Source: Eledone cirrhosa (Eukaryota). Taken from it: a DNA stretch of 64,000 nt. The stretch covers positions 41,602,001-41,666,000 of the forward strand of contig OZ024741.1 in assembly GCA_964016885.1 (NCBI GenBank), read 5' to 3'. Position numbers and translations under genes: made by a program. The notes under the pieces are model-generated. The model searched no databases. It saw only the letters and a program-made list of their open reading frames with translations, and had not been told where the DNA came from. Below, in pieces: positions 12,970 to 25,842 of the stretch. Positions within the stretch are counted from its first letter, which is position 1. Every line of letters starts with the position of its first letter.

Positions 12970-13285
12970 ATCGAACCAACACAACATAGCTTTAAATTAG
13001 GATACCTACTACCCACAGAAATATATTCATTAAGTATACTATATCCGTCACAAGTCTATACCACACAAATGTCTGTAAGTACCTCATCTACCCACAAACT
13101 TATTCCTTCTCAGCTGCTGCCATCATTTGATCCTAAATCCTAGTTTTTCTCAAATCACTATTACAATGTAACTTTACCTTCCTTTTGCCATAACTACAAT
13201 TAGCACGCTTATCTCTTTGCATGTATGTATATTTTTGTACGAGTGTATATTGATGTGTATGTATGTGTCTATGTACACATGCATG

Positions 13286-13360
<75 letters not shown>

Positions 13361-13741
13361 ATATGCGTATATTACTTCGTTAACCTCTGTATTAACTCAA
13401 CAACTATTTAGCTTTGACAGTGTTGTCCCACTTATGTATACTATTGAAGATGAAGAGAAAGACTGTAAACACTGGCTTATCTTTATAATTTAAAATTGAT
13501 ACACACTTCGATACTCTGTACATGCCAAACTCTTACTTTTGCATCATGACAGCTAGTTTTACACGCCGTAAAGTTAGATACATTATACCCCCCCCCCCCA
13601 CCTAAGTAAAGTCAGGGTCTCCTCAAATAATCTATTAATAGCATTGTTGTAATTGTTGTTATTGTTCTAATTGAATGCCATTACTAGTTCATATAGTAGC
13701 TTGTATATTCTTTTCTTGCCTGTGTATTTTCTTCATTCTCG

Positions 13742-13857
13742 CATGCTCCGAAGATCTGACTGGTTATAATTTTGTATTGGCGATCGAGTAACGCGAAAAT
13801 AAGCGAATAGCGATCTCTAGACCTACCAGTTCAGAGAAACAATTGTCAGCTATGAGA
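13742..13857 (+). ncRNA. Hammerhead ribozyme (CCGAAGA variant) with 60-nt loop II
   Basis: GCT-CCGAAGA-TCTGACTGGT...(60 nt)...ACCAGTTCAGA-GAAAC-AATT-GTC-AGC; palindromic ACAATTGT helix III; GUC site. Confidence 0.7.
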
Positions 13858-13907
13858 TTAAAAACCTTTTTTTGTATAGCAAACCATGTCAACCTTCTTT
13901 TCTGATT

Positions 13908-13940
<33 letters not shown>

Positions 13941-14057
13941 ATATATATATACATATATATATCATCATTATCATCATCATCATCTTTGTTTAAAATCCAT
14001 TTTCCACACTAGCATGGTATATATATTATATATATATATATATTTATATTTTATATT

Positions 14058-14790
14058 TTACTCTTAATTCGGCCGGAGATTAACATTCCCATTTGCCCTT
14101 TAAAACATAACTTTCCGTATTTACTACGGTTACGAGATGCGGTTTCTTATTCAGGTACAACCTCCGATTTTAGCCTAAGAAAATATCTATATGCGTGTGT
14201 AATTTATACACGCATATATTTATTTTTTTAATTTCAATTGAGTTCTTAACACGTTGGATTGATAATGTTTTCGAAAAAACTGATTAACCCGCGTGTATAT
14301 TATTTTTTTTCCTCCTTTCGTGGATCGTAGTTGTCTCCCCTTCCCGCTTAGTGACGCTATAATACTTCCTCAGTCAAAAACTGCTGGAATTTCAAATTTG
14401 CCGGTCATTCGATGCGGGAAGGAGCAACTTAACAGACACGATTTTTAACTCTGGTAAGAAATGATTTTCTTATATCAAAGTTTAATGGGCTTCCACTGAT
14501 GATTTATAAACGCCCACCTAAATATATTCTTACATGAATGTATATTAGGCTTCTGCATATACTGGAAATATTCTCCGAATTTGTAGAAAACTTATAATGA
14601 AACAATTGTTTGGAAAGAGAGATATATTTTAACTTTAATTATATCTCGTAAAATAATACAACTGGCTTTTCCACATAATACATATTGTTAGCACCCCAAA
14701 CACTTAAATTGGGTTTATATTAAAATATAACCTAATGTTTGTTGAGTGAGATGGTTACCAGTCAGAGATTAGCTTTAAACTATCTCTGTT
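14058..14790 (+). mobile_element. Probable solo pLTR of a second Penelope-like family
   Basis: CpG-rich unique island between (TA)n tracts, carrying an HHR near its 3' end. Confidence 0.55.
14491..14615 (+). ncRNA. Hammerhead ribozyme with 82-nt loop II
   Basis: TTCCA-CTGATGA-TTTATAA...(82 nt)...TTATAAT-GAAAC-AATT-GTT-TGGAA; perfect 5-bp helix I. Confidence 0.7.
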
Positions 14791-14796
14791 ATTGTA

Positions 14797-14864
<68 letters not shown>

Positions 14865-14966
14865 AACCAGAAACCATCTCAATTCTGCGAAACCGGTAAA
14901 GGAACCAAATAAATATATTTAACAAAAAAAAAGACTCCAGTTGCATTTTCAATTTCATCTTTGTTT

Positions 14967-15023
<57 letters not shown>

Positions 15024-15489
15024 GTTAGTGAACACTAAATGCGTAGGTGAGTCAGTATAAGTGGAGTGTGTGGTATTATACTATGGTCGGTTTCCCTCAT
15101 AAACAGAGTGTATTAATATTAAGTTGGAACAAGGTGTCAGGGTATCATCCGTAAGTTTATTAAGGTGTAACACATGTTTCACTATTGATCAGTTCAAGGT
15201 TGATTGGGGCCTGACTTGGGAATATATATAGCATCCTCATCATTTTTACATCTGTTCTTTCCATGCTTACATGGGTTTGGATGAGACATTTTGAGACCTT
15301 TTTCTATGGCTGGAAAGCTTCCAGAAAAGCCATACTATTTTAAGTATAGTATATATACATCATTAAGGTTTGTTGAATTACTATGCTGCAGGACATATTG
15401 TTTATGAGGGACCTAAAGAATGTAACTGTTGGCATCTTTTATAAGTGATGCTGATATGATGTTTGTGGCAACTGACATACACATACACA

Positions 15490-15753
15490 CAAGGGTTTTG
15501 TTTCAGGGGGGTGCCAGGGGACAACTTTTTCAAATGTCTATGTTTTATTTTTTGTTTATTTGATATAATAAATTCTTTTTAAGCTTATTATTTTATATCT
15601 GAACTTCGTTTGAATATATAATATTTAATTAGCGTAAAATTTTACTTATGTGATAGGGTCCGGGAGAGACACCATAAGCAATTTATGCTCCTTTAAGAAT
15701 CAACAAATGTTGATTTGTCCACCCCCATATTTTTAATGCAAACGAGGCCTCTG
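15490..15753. mobile_element. Old hAT-type MITE
   Basis: Degenerate TIRs CAAGGGTTTTGTTT / AAACGAGGCCTCTG; 8-bp TSD CATACACA (15482-15489, 15754-15761). Confidence 0.55.
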
Positions 15754-16614
15754 CATACACATCCCCTACATACAAAAATATATATAATATATATCCAGGA
15801 GGCAGTAGAGGCCCAGGATTACTAATAAGCACTTAAAAGTAAGATGTCCATCGGGATCAAGCTAGGCTTGGACTGGGCTGAGTGACACCGGCGGACAGAA
15901 ACACATGGAGAAGGATGCTAAGACACACTGTCAGGCAGGGCCCACGCCTACTTAGGGATAGTGTCCTGCATAATCAAAAACTGGATAATGATATGATGGG
16001 TGTCCTTCCAATTTACAGTATCCAACACACCACCCAAAAAAACTGCGTCTAAAAATCTCTTCCAACCCATGCCAACACAGAAAAGTGGGTAAAAACAATA
16101 ATGTTAAATAAATTTATAAGAAAACAAAAAATAAAACAGCAACAACATTTATCTCTACCTACATCTGGTTGAAATAATTTTAAAGACATTAATGACTTTA
16201 TCTGTGGGCAGACAGACCTCTAGGTATGTATGTGTGCTTGCGTATGCATATACAAGTGTGTGAACCTTTTAATAAACGTGAATAATCTGAGAATAGAATG
16301 GTCCAAGCTGGTGTAATTTACATGACAAAGGACAGCATTTACATTACAAAAGAACTTATGTTGAGAGCTGAGAAATATTTTATCAGTCATGAAATCTATT
16401 CAATAGAGAAATAAAGATGGGAGTAGCAAAAGGATAGAAGAGAACGAAACTGATCTTTTGTTTAGTGTCTTCCCCTTTTCTTGTGATTTTGTGGTTTATT
16501 CAGTAAGATCTAGAAGGATATTGAAGTGAACAGGAAATTTAGAAAGACAAATTAAAAAATAATTATAGTGTGAGTAAATGAGAGAGAGAGAGTGTGTGTG
16601 TGTGTATGTGTGTG

Positions 16615-17155
16615 GTGGGGACAGTATTGTTGAATGGTTAAAAAGTTTACTTCGTAATCTTATTGTCTTGAGTTCGATCCTAGAGGTGGAATTTTGAGAG
16701 AGTGTCATTTTGTATTGCCATTGACTCACATCAACTCAAGCTCTGTAAATGAGATTGGGTAGACAGAAACTGTTTGGAAGCTTGTTGGATGGGCTGCACC
16801 TGTAATTCAAAGAATCAGCCACGTCACACACTCTATCACACTGAATCTCACTAAAAGTTATTTTAACCCTTTAGCATTTACATTACACTGTATTTACTAT
16901 TGTATTTTTAAGGTAAAGACTTTATCTCACTTAATATCGAATCTATGTGATTTTTATATTATTTATTTTGAGAACAACACCTTAACATCAGTATGAGAAG
17001 CCAGTTACAGCTGGTTTGAACAGAAAGAGGTGAGAGAATTCTGGCTAGATATGGCTGGTTTAAATGCTAAAGGGTTAAAGGTATATATGACTGCAGACTG
17101 CTAAGCCAATATTTTCATGTGCACACTGTTCAATTGATCAATCAACTGGAATACT
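16615..17155 (+). mobile_element. Degenerate SINE interrupted by a piggyBac-type MITE
   Basis: tRNA-like head (TGGTTAAAAAGTTT...GAGTTCGATCC); body homologous to 47900-48210 (-) on both sides of the MITE. Confidence 0.6.
16863..17078. mobile_element. piggyBac-type MITE (family P1)
   Basis: TTAA|CCCTTTAGCATTTA ... TAAATGCTAAAGGG|TTAA. Confidence 0.85.
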
Positions 17156-17369
17156 AATTGCTGAAACTAAACAATATCCATTCCATTCTTCTATATGGAT
17201 GTGCAGACATTTGCCTTGGAAGTGAAAATATAACAAAACACCTACAACATATGCAAATTATAGATAACATCCAGTAGCTTCCTGTTAACTTCTCCAGGTT
17301 AACATAAAATGTAAGAACTGAGTCAAACAAGCAAGGAATTGATAGCACATTGGGTGGTTTACAGTCATC

Positions 17370-17552
17370 GAATTGGCAGTATTGGTAGAGGGTCAGACAT
17401 GCTTTCCAGCGTAGTTACGTCCCTTTACGATCTGAGTTCAAATCCCACCAAGGTTAACTTTGCCTTTCATCCTTACGGGGTCGATAAAATAAAGTACTAG
17501 TAATACACTGGGTATTTGCTGGCCTTGTGCCAAAAGTAGAAACAATTATTAT
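17370..17552 (+). mobile_element. tRNA-derived SINE, family A, full length
   Basis: TTGGCAGTATTGGTAGAG (A box)...GAGTTCAAATCCC (B box)...GCCTTTCATCCTTACGGGGTCGATAAAATAAAGTAC...GAAACAATTATT. Confidence 0.9.
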
Positions 17553-17714
17553 CATCAACGCCATCAGTTTTATATCCATCTTTCAATGCTTGCAATGGCT
17601 GGATGAGAGATTTTGTGGCAACCCTCAGTTTATATATATATAGTGCAGGTGGTCGATACACAATAAAAAACTAAAAACATGTAAATGAAACTTCATTGTT
17701 CTTTTTAATATATA

Positions 17715-17892
17715 TCATCATCATCATCATCATTTAACATCCATCTTCCACGCTAGCATGGGTTAGGCGGTTTTGTTTCATTTGATGCGAGAATGGTCAG
17801 GAGGCCATGACTTGCTCGCACGGAAGCGTCTCTGGCAGATTTTTTACAGCTGGATGCCCTTCCTAACACCAACCACGTTTACAGTGTGGACT
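17715..17892 (-). mobile_element. RTE-type 3' tail fragment
   Basis: (CAT)n followed by TGGATGCCCTTCCTAACACCAACC. Confidence 0.8.
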
Positions 17893-17916
17893 GTTGTGTC
17901 ATCGACACAGTGGATA

Positions 17917-17956
<40 letters not shown>

Positions 17957-18377
17957 GCAGATAATCAAGGATCTTATCCATTTACACTATTACACCATGA
18001 GGATAAACTGGATTGCCCACTAATCAGCATGTAAACTGCAAGGCTAGTAGTAGCAAATCTTTCAACAATAACATTAAGAAACTTTTCTCAGAGCCTACAA
18101 GTTCCACCAGTCAAAAGACAGATACATCTACCACTAGATATTAGTAAAACATGAGATTCAGTATCTCATATGTTCACTAGCATCACACCCAGATGGTAAT
18201 ACATGACCGGTGGCATATCTGCATACTTGCATAACAACACCTCATAATTGTATGAGCATTTGATGTTGTTACATGGAAACTATTAATGATATAACCATTG
18301 TGTAACCATGTGATTGAAATATATATATATAATGCAATAAAATAATTATGTATATATATATATATATGGTACATATC

Positions 18378-18682
18378 TTGGCATAGTCATTAAGACATCA
18401 GATAGAATGCTTTCGGAATTTGTCCCACCCCATTGCGTGCTCTGAGTTCAAATCCCGCCAGGGTCAACTTTGCTTTTCATCCTTTTGAGCTCAATAAAAA
18501 AAGTACCAGTGCATGTCTCACATAATTATCTCACATAATATAAAATCTATGAGATTTTGATGTTATTCATTTTGAGAAAAATACCTTAATGTTGGTATGA
18601 GTGGACAGTAATGGCCAGTTTGAACAGAAGTAGGTGAGAAGATTCTGGCTGGATACAACCAGTATAAATGCTAAAAGATTAG
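18378..18682 (+). mobile_element. SINE A fragment followed by a partial P1 MITE
   Basis: GAGTTCAAATCCCGCCAGGGTCAACTTTGCTTTTCATCC; then sequence homologous to 16925-17070. Confidence 0.7.
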
Positions 18683-19069
18683 GGGCTTCACTAGGGGTAA
18701 GTGAATTAACAGAAAAAAAAAAGATAAGAAAAAGAAAAGACTGCATGCCTTAAAATACACATTTAGTTGCTTACATATATTTAAGCCCTTTGACACAACA
18801 CTGCCGGACATCCTGGACTTATGATACAAAATTGCTCATTTTAAAATGTTTATACTAATATTACAGCTTTCCATCATGATTTAATTCAAGAAATTGTTTT
18901 CAAGTAATGTTCTAAATATCAGCTTACTAATGAAGAGATGGTTAATTTATTGAACTCCTCCAGATATTTGATTAATTTCAAAATTAATTAAAATACATAA
19001 GTAGTGTTTTTCATTAGAAATATTGTAACAAAAAGTTTAATGAATTAATTCATGACCTGTTAAAACATA

Positions 19070-19350
19070 TCTTCTTCAAATTGAGAGATAACAGCTCCGA
19101 TACTATGGACATGTGGTCAGAATGTCTCAGGAAAGAATTGCTGCACAGATTTTACGGGCAAAACCAACCAGCAGGAGGCCCAGGGCTAGACTCTGCACAA
19201 AATGGTTGAATAATGAGCTTGGCTGGTCTTGCTTGGGGAACCAACCAGATCAGTTGGAGATGGCTGCTTCTGACAGGATCTGCCGGAAGAAGTGTTTGAG
19301 GATTCTTCCCCCATGACCCTCTCAAGAATAAGTGGGCAAAGAAGAAGAAA
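19070..19350 (+). mobile_element. RTE-type LINE C-terminal fragment with (GAA)n tail
   Basis: QLRYYGHVVRMSQERIAAQILRAKPTSRRPRAR. Confidence 0.75.
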
Positions 19351-20084
19351 CGTGTTTATCAGGGAAAGTCAGTAGAAAGCTTTTACAATGTATCCTTCTC
19401 CAGGCAGTCCTTTAGATGGTCTATCCAGACCAGGCACCTGGGTATTTTGTACCAGAGGTACCTATACAATGTGTGCCCTCTTCTCCTAAATAAAATCATC
19501 TCAGCTTGTAATATATGCTGACAAACCTATCTGTTGTTATATTTCTTGTCCTGACTACACTAAGAGATTTATTAAAACTGCATTTTCTACTACATAGTCT
19601 ATACAGACCTATGCCAAATCCTGTGACAGGCCATAATACTTGACCCTCTTCACCTCTTTAGATATCACCACAATGCTGCTACATACCAATTTATTTATTG
19701 ATCACAGGAAATTCTCATTTGTTTGACTTAATTATGGAAATTTGTATAAAACTGTTATCCTTTAAGGTTCAGTTAGGTGCCACTCAGAGATGTACATCTT
19801 AGGTGGCTGCTTAGCTGGTCTTAATGGCAGTGTCAGTTGAAGATATGTTAAAGCTTAGCTTGAATTATGAAGTGAATGAACTAGGTAGAAGCAGTGTAAG
19901 AAAATAAAAATTCTAATTTAATATTTTATTAAAAGTTGTTGACATTATATATGGCTGATTCAATGAACTATAAAGCGAAAAAAAACAACAACAAAAACAC
20001 TGAATAACCCAACTTTGAACTATGTATGGAAACAAACCACAGGACAGTGACATCTTATAATAACAACAATAATAATAATAATAA

Positions 20085-20770
20085 TGGTGGTTTCATTTAT
20101 TGGCCACAATTGTGTACAGTGCTCAGGTGTACTACAACTCATCAAAGGCACATATATAGTACATAGAATAATTGTTTCTACTTTTTGGCACAAGGCGAGC
20201 AATTACACAGTGTATTACTGGTACTTTATTTTATCTACCCCATAAGGATGAAAGGCAAAGTTAACCTCGGCGGGATTTGAACTCAGATCATAAAGGGACG
20301 TAACTCTATGCTTCAAAGCATGATGTCCGACTCTCTACCGATACTGCCAATCCATCGCCCTTAGTACATAGAATAATGTACAAATGTCAGGAAAGTAAAT
20401 AAGACACACATGCATGCATGTGTAATGGAGATGGGGAATATCAGGTGTAGTATAGGCAAATTTTGGGAAGCATGAAAGTTTTGAAGGATGCAGTGTCCCA
20501 ATAGCTAACAACTAATGCTGGTAGTTTGTTCCATGCTTCAGCAACTCTGAGCATGAAAAAATGTTTCCAAAAGTCATGGGAACTGTAGTTTTCTGACTTT
20601 GTAAGCATCTTCATGGATGTTAAACACATGGAATTCAAAAAGGTGCTCAGGGTTGTTATTGGAAAGATGGTTAATAATCCTGTGGGTGTCTACCAAGTCA
20701 CTTGCCAGACATTAGAGCTTTAATATATCCATGCTCAGGGAGGCAAGGCATTCAGAGTATGGTAGAAAAG
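20085..20770 (-). mobile_element. CR1-clade LINE 3' fragment containing a SINE A insertion
   Basis: KHFFMLRVAEAWNKLPALVV...SFK motif; SINE at 20173-20361 flanked by the 16-bp TSD TAGTACATAGAATAAT. Confidence 0.8.
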
Positions 20771-21294
20771 GTATTATAGAAAAAGTCAGTAAAATATCTT
20801 AAAAGAAATTGGCTGTGTTGATATCTGAAGAGGAATGGCTCTGCCGGGTTTAGAATGCCTAAGAAACAATATATGTTTCTATGGCACCCCATACGTCTTC
20901 ACCAAAATTATAATTTAATATTTTATCAAAAATTGTTGACATTTTATAGCTGATTCAATGAACTATAAAACAAAGAAACCACTAAATAACCCAACTCTGA
21001 ACCATGTATGAAACAAACCACAGGACAATGACATTGCATAGAAAACAGTAAAATATGTTAAAAACCCAACATGAAACTCACATTTTGGCCAACTTAATGA
21101 CATCTTTACTACATTTTACAAATATTCATAACATTCACAATTATTTATATGTTCCACCGGTAGCAGAACTAAGTCTATGGCTAAAGTCAATCAATAACAA
21201 TGAAATCAATGAAAATCTGATTCATTTTTCTTGCCTTTTCTGTTCTTTATTTCTATATTTTATTCCAACAGTTTTATGATAATGTTTTCTCACC

Positions 21295-21520
21295 CCAATC
21301 TCCCTCTCATATTCTCTCTCTCTCACGTTCTTTCTTGTTCTCTCTCTCTTTTTCTCTCTCTCTGGTTCTCTCTCTTTCTCTCACGTTCTTGTTCTCTCTC
21401 TCTCTTGTTCTCTCCCTCTCTCTCATGTTCTCTCTCATTTTTTTTGTTTTCTCTCTCTCTCGCTCTTGTTTTCTCACCCCCTCTCTCTCATATTCTCTCT
21501 CTTTCTCTTGCTCTTGTACT
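21295..21520. repeat. Degenerate (CT)n-rich repeat
   Basis: Direct. Confidence 0.9.
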
Positions 21521-21829
21521 TTCTAATTTAAAACCAGCCATACCATCATCTCAAAACTAAAATGCTTTCAAACAACATATAACCAAATTTGGAATTCATA
21601 AATATAGATGGAACATATTCATATGAAAAAATTGGTTGAATGAAATGAACTGGAAATATTTCCACAGAAGAATTACAAGCATGTGTTCAGTAATTAAATA
21701 ATTCATAGCAGCTTGTACGACAAGAGAATAAGAAATGAAACCCACAAACCTAGTTTTCAAGCACGAAAGTAACATTTTGTACTATAGATAAAAGTTGATA
21801 ACAAAATCAAACATAAACACAAAAGATAT

Positions 21830-22340
21830 GAGAAGTTTAGATAGAAATGAATTGAGCGTGGTCAGTTGGATGTGTAATGTTTGTGTGAGTAAACATGGAA
21901 ACACAGATAAGTTGAGAGAGACAGCGCCAGATTTACCATCGTACTTCATTGTGTTTAGGTGTGCTTAAGCAGAAAGTCCCATATGTCATGGGGCCTGTCT
22001 TCCTACCTTTAGGGCCCAAGTAAGGGGCCTCATAACTTAACTAATACAGGGCCTCATTTGTCCTAAATCTGGCAATGGAAAGAGAAACTGTGTATAAGAG
22101 GAATTTGATGTAATGTGAAAGAGAGAAGACTGCGCTAGTACAGACACACTGTGTATATGAATGGTAATAATTGGGTGAAGGGGTGCAAAGATGTGCCAGG
22201 AAAGATATAGGTATAGGTAGAGGTGATGAAAACTGATCCCAGAATGTTGGATCTCACACAGAAGATGACAAAGGAAAAAGATAAGTAGAAGACTGTTGTA
22301 TTGGAGAGGACTCATCCAACCTATAACAAGCATGGGAAAA
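21830..22340 (+). mobile_element. Degenerate RTE fragment interrupted by a hAT MITE
   Basis: LDRNE..V.WMCNV...; after the MITE, ..RRLR; ends CAAGCATGGGAAA. Confidence 0.65.
21922..22077. mobile_element. hAT-type MITE
   Basis: TIRs CAGCGCCAGATTTA / TAAATCTGGCAATG; 8-bp TSD GAGAGAGA / GAAAGAGA. Confidence 0.7.
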
Positions 22341-22412
22341 CAACAAAAATAACAAATACAAAGGATATCCTATTTGTACATGAAGCTGTAAAGTTTTGTG
22401 ATGCTTATTCAT

Positions 22413-22642
22413 TTAACCCTTTAGCATTTAAATCGGCCATATCCAGTCAAAATTCTTTCACCTCGTTCTGTTCAAACTGACCATAACTGGCCACTCATAG
22501 AGATGTTAAGGTATTGTTCTCAAAATAAATAATATCAAAATCTCATAGATTTAATATTAAGTGAGATAATTTTATGAGATAATGACTTTACCATGAAAAT
22601 ATAATAGTAAATATAGAGTAATGTAAATGCTAAAGGGGTAAA
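22413..22642. mobile_element. piggyBac-type MITE (family P1)
   Basis: TTAA|CCCTTTAGCATTTA ... TAAATGCTAAAGGG|GTAA. Confidence 0.85.
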
Positions 22643-22754
22643 AGAGTATTATTGATCCCAGTTAAAAGGTTTCACATGAGAATGGAAACCAAGTCATAAA
22701 TCATTCACCTGAGAACTTGCTACTCACTACTCATAAACACATACACAGTTTAGT

Positions 22755-23120
22755 AGAATAATTTATGGTCACTCTCCAACAGATTTGAAGTCGAGCCCCT
22801 AGCAGTGGAGACTTCTGGTGTCCTTGACTCTAGGGCTACCTCCCTACTTACCACCATAGGTTCTGAGCTGGCTAGCCACAGGTGTGAGCTTCGCGAGATG
22901 GAATGGCTCTTCCAGTGTATCTCCCTTACCATCCTCCTTGGAAACACCTTCTCTGCTCTGTCCTCTGGGGCTGTGGGGCAGCTAGCACGTGGGACCCCAT
23001 TTGCTCATAATAGAGAGAGATGGGGAGGGCAAGAAAGATTGAGGCGATGACAGTGGGAGTTTGGCTCTTCCATAGGGAGGTAGGTTTTCTTGCTCTGATC
23101 TGACAAGCTGGTCTTTTCCT
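22755..23120 (+). mobile_element. CRE-clade LINE 3' fragment
   Basis: AVETSGVLDSRATSLLTTIGSELASHRCELREMEWLFQCISLTILLGN; same family as 7343-7771. Confidence 0.85.
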
Positions 23121-23139
23121 TTTTTTTATTTTATATACA

Positions 23140-23561
23140 CTTCCTAGTCAATAATTGTTTCTACTTTAGGCACAAGGCCAACAATTACCCAGTACATTAC
23201 TAGTACTTTATTTTATCGACCCCGTAAGGATGAAAGGCAAAGTTAACCTTGACGGTATTTAAACTCAGACCATAAAGGGACGTAACTATGCTGGAAAGTA
23301 TGGCATCCGACCCTCTACCGATACTGCCAATTCACCGCCTAACTTCCTAGTCAATAATTATTTCTACTTTTGGCACAAGGCCAGCAATTATCCCAGTACA
23401 TTACTGGTACTTTAATTTATCGACCCCGTGAGGATGAAAGGCAAAGTTAACCTCGGCGGGATTTGAACTCAGACCATAAAGGGCCGTAACTCTTTGCTGC
23501 AAAGCATGGCGTCCGACCATCTACCGATACTGCCAATCCACCACCCTTCCTAGTCAATAAT
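23140..23561 (-). mobile_element. Two head-to-tail SINE A copies, with the 16-bp target CTTCCTAGTCAATAAT present three times
   Basis: Target copies at ~23140, ~23343 and ~23546. Confidence 0.9.
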
Positions 23562-23799
23562 GTTGTTTAATAGCATGCTATGATAGAAATTCACTGCTGA
23601 TTAACCATGTGAATTACTAATCTCACAGTTGTACAATATTGGCCACTAAGTGGTCAGTTTTCGCTGTTTCTTCTGATTACATGATTTTGGCCAGGATATA
23701 TTTACACAGAATTTATTAGCCCCTAAACTCTCTGTGGCAGCAACAGATGGTACTGTCTCTACAAGATACTTCAACAATGCTGGTATAGTCACTGCTTCT

Positions 23800-24102
23800 C
23801 TCTGTAACTCTTCCCATCTCTCACCATTATAAGCAAATGGGAGCCCACATGCTGGTTGCCCCACAGCTCCGGCAGACAGAATAGAGAAGGCATTTCCCTG
23901 AAGGACAGTGAGAGAAACATGCTGGAAGAGCCATTCCAACTCATGAGGTTCACATCTGCGGGTAGCCAGCTCTGTGCCAATTGTGGTGAGTAGGGAGGTG
24001 GTCGTAGGGCCAAGAACACCAGAAGTCTCCACTGCTATGGGCTCAACAGGAAACCTTTTGGAGAGTGACCGATATTTGGAGAGTTTACCCTCCTCAACCT
24101 GA
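23800..24102 (-). mobile_element. CRE-clade LINE 3' fragment
   Basis: KLSKYRSLS...AVETSGVLGPTTTSLLTTIG...WLFQHVSLTVLQGNA. Confidence 0.85.
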
Positions 24103-24353
24103 AGACAGATATTGTCTCATGTCCATATTTTTGTTTCATTTTATTGCTGTTTAATCAGGGAGAGAATAGCAGTACCCATGACTCTTTTTAGAGCCACTCA
24201 CAGTGATAGTATTGGTTAGAATGAAGAAGGTATCCTCAAATGACCAGTTTAGCTCAATGACTTGCAACAGCATAAACTCTGCTAAAAGTATTCAGAGGCT
24301 TCATAGGTCTCAACACAATTGGAACTCAGAATACCAAGAGCCAGCACAAATAA

Positions 24354-24545
24354 TTGCTTCTACTTTTGGCACAAGGCCAGCAATTACCCAGTGTATTAGT
24401 GTATTACCGGTACTTTATTTTATCGTCCCCGTAAGGATGAAAGGCAAAGTTAACCTCGGCGGGATTTGAACTCAGACCATAAAGGGACATAACTATGCTC
24501 GAAAGCATGGCATCCGACCCTCTACCGATACTGCCAATCCACCAC
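24354..24545 (-). mobile_element. SINE A with TSD AGCCAGCACAAATAAT
   Basis: Full-length copy with the direct repeat on both sides. Confidence 0.9.
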
Positions 24546-24693
24546 AGCCAGCACAAATAATGCGGGGCATCTCATAAGTACAGAGCTGTAGATTAGTAGA
24601 TCAATTATACTTATTTTCCTGGCACACCTAGAAAAAAAAATCAATGATGCACTAAAGTATTGCAACACACAGTTTAAGACAGTTGGTCTACAT

Positions 24694-25709
24694 CAGAGGT
24701 TCTCAAACTTTTGGGGCCAGCCATCACCCCCTCCCCACAGTCACGTAATACCCTCCCCCTCCCCACCACTATTTCCAGAGAGACCTGCCTACACACAAAT
24801 TGTAAATAATATATAATAAATAAAATCATTAATTTACATATAATAAATAATATAATATATACAATACTGAAAAAATTAGAAATAAGAGGGATCAGATGTT
24901 GTTTACTAGAGAGAAGGCTACGTTGGTATGGTCACGTGATGCGCATGAAGGACGATAGCTGTATAACAAAGTGCAGGGCAATAAAGATAGACGGTAGCCA
25001 CGGAATAGGCAGACCCAGAAAAACCTGGGACGAGCTGATAAACTCCGACCTCACACACTTACACCTCACCAAGACAATGTCACTGGACCGAGACCTTTGG
25101 CGGTACTCAGTAATAGAGAAGACCCGCCTTACCTAAATACAAAGTAAAACCTACTACAGTCAGTAGGCATCTCTAACAAAATACACCCCTGTCCCACCAC
25201 CCCCACCCCATCCACACCGCCCCCTTCTATGTAAAGTTATGTTGGTGCCACACCATCCAGGCCGAAACAAATGAGATCGTGTAGGTGTCACGACAAAAAA
25301 ACACACAGTCCACGCTGTAATGTGGCCGTGTAGGCAACACGGTAAAAACCTCCCAGACCCACACTGTAAATGTGGTTGGTGTTAGGAAGGGCATCCAACT
25401 GTAGAAAACCTGCCAGACAGTCCTATGCGAGCAAGACAATCACTCTTGCCTCAAGTGGGAAAACCCCCGTCCAAACCCATGCAAGCATGGAACACGGACG
25501 TTAAACGTTGATGATGATGATGATGATACTATGTATAAATAAATATCATATTTTTATTTTACTATATTTATATATATTTATGTTTTGATATTTAATATAC
25601 TATTATATCATCTCTACCGTCCCAACCCCCCTGCCCCCTTAGCACCACCCACTCCCAGACCTTCTCAATGTCCCCCGGAGAGCAGTAGCACCTACTTTGA
25701 GAACCTCTG
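24694..25709. mobile_element. hAT (Charlie-like) MITE carrying a nested RTE fragment
   Basis: Perfect 14-bp TIRs CAGAGGTTCTCAAA/TTTGAGAACCTCTG; 8-bp TSD GTCTACAT (24686-24693, 25710-25717). Confidence 0.9.
24868..25527 (+). mobile_element. RTE-clade LINE 3' fragment
   Basis: RRLRWYGHVMRM...GRPRKTW; (GAT)n tail. Confidence 0.92.
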
Positions 25710-25842
25710 GTCTACATAAAAGAGTGTGTGGTCAGCAAGTTCTTTCTGATACTTTAGTCTTGGTTTGAGTCCTGAAGGAAGCACTGTTTCAACATTGAAA
25801 AAAAGTACAGGACATTCACAGTGAACTTCAACCAACAGAGGC

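Larger units (their letters stand above)
12619..13908 (+). mobile_element. Penelope-like retroelement: EN fragment, 3'UTR/pLTR with hammerhead, ending at (TA)n
   Basis: GIY-YIG ORF followed by a UTR with (GT)n and an HHR at 13742-13857; ends in (TA)n. Confidence 0.75.

Noticed and set aside
20825-20880. CTGAAGA...GAAAC hammerhead-like spacing
   Set aside because: Helix II is poor and no helix I forms after any NUH
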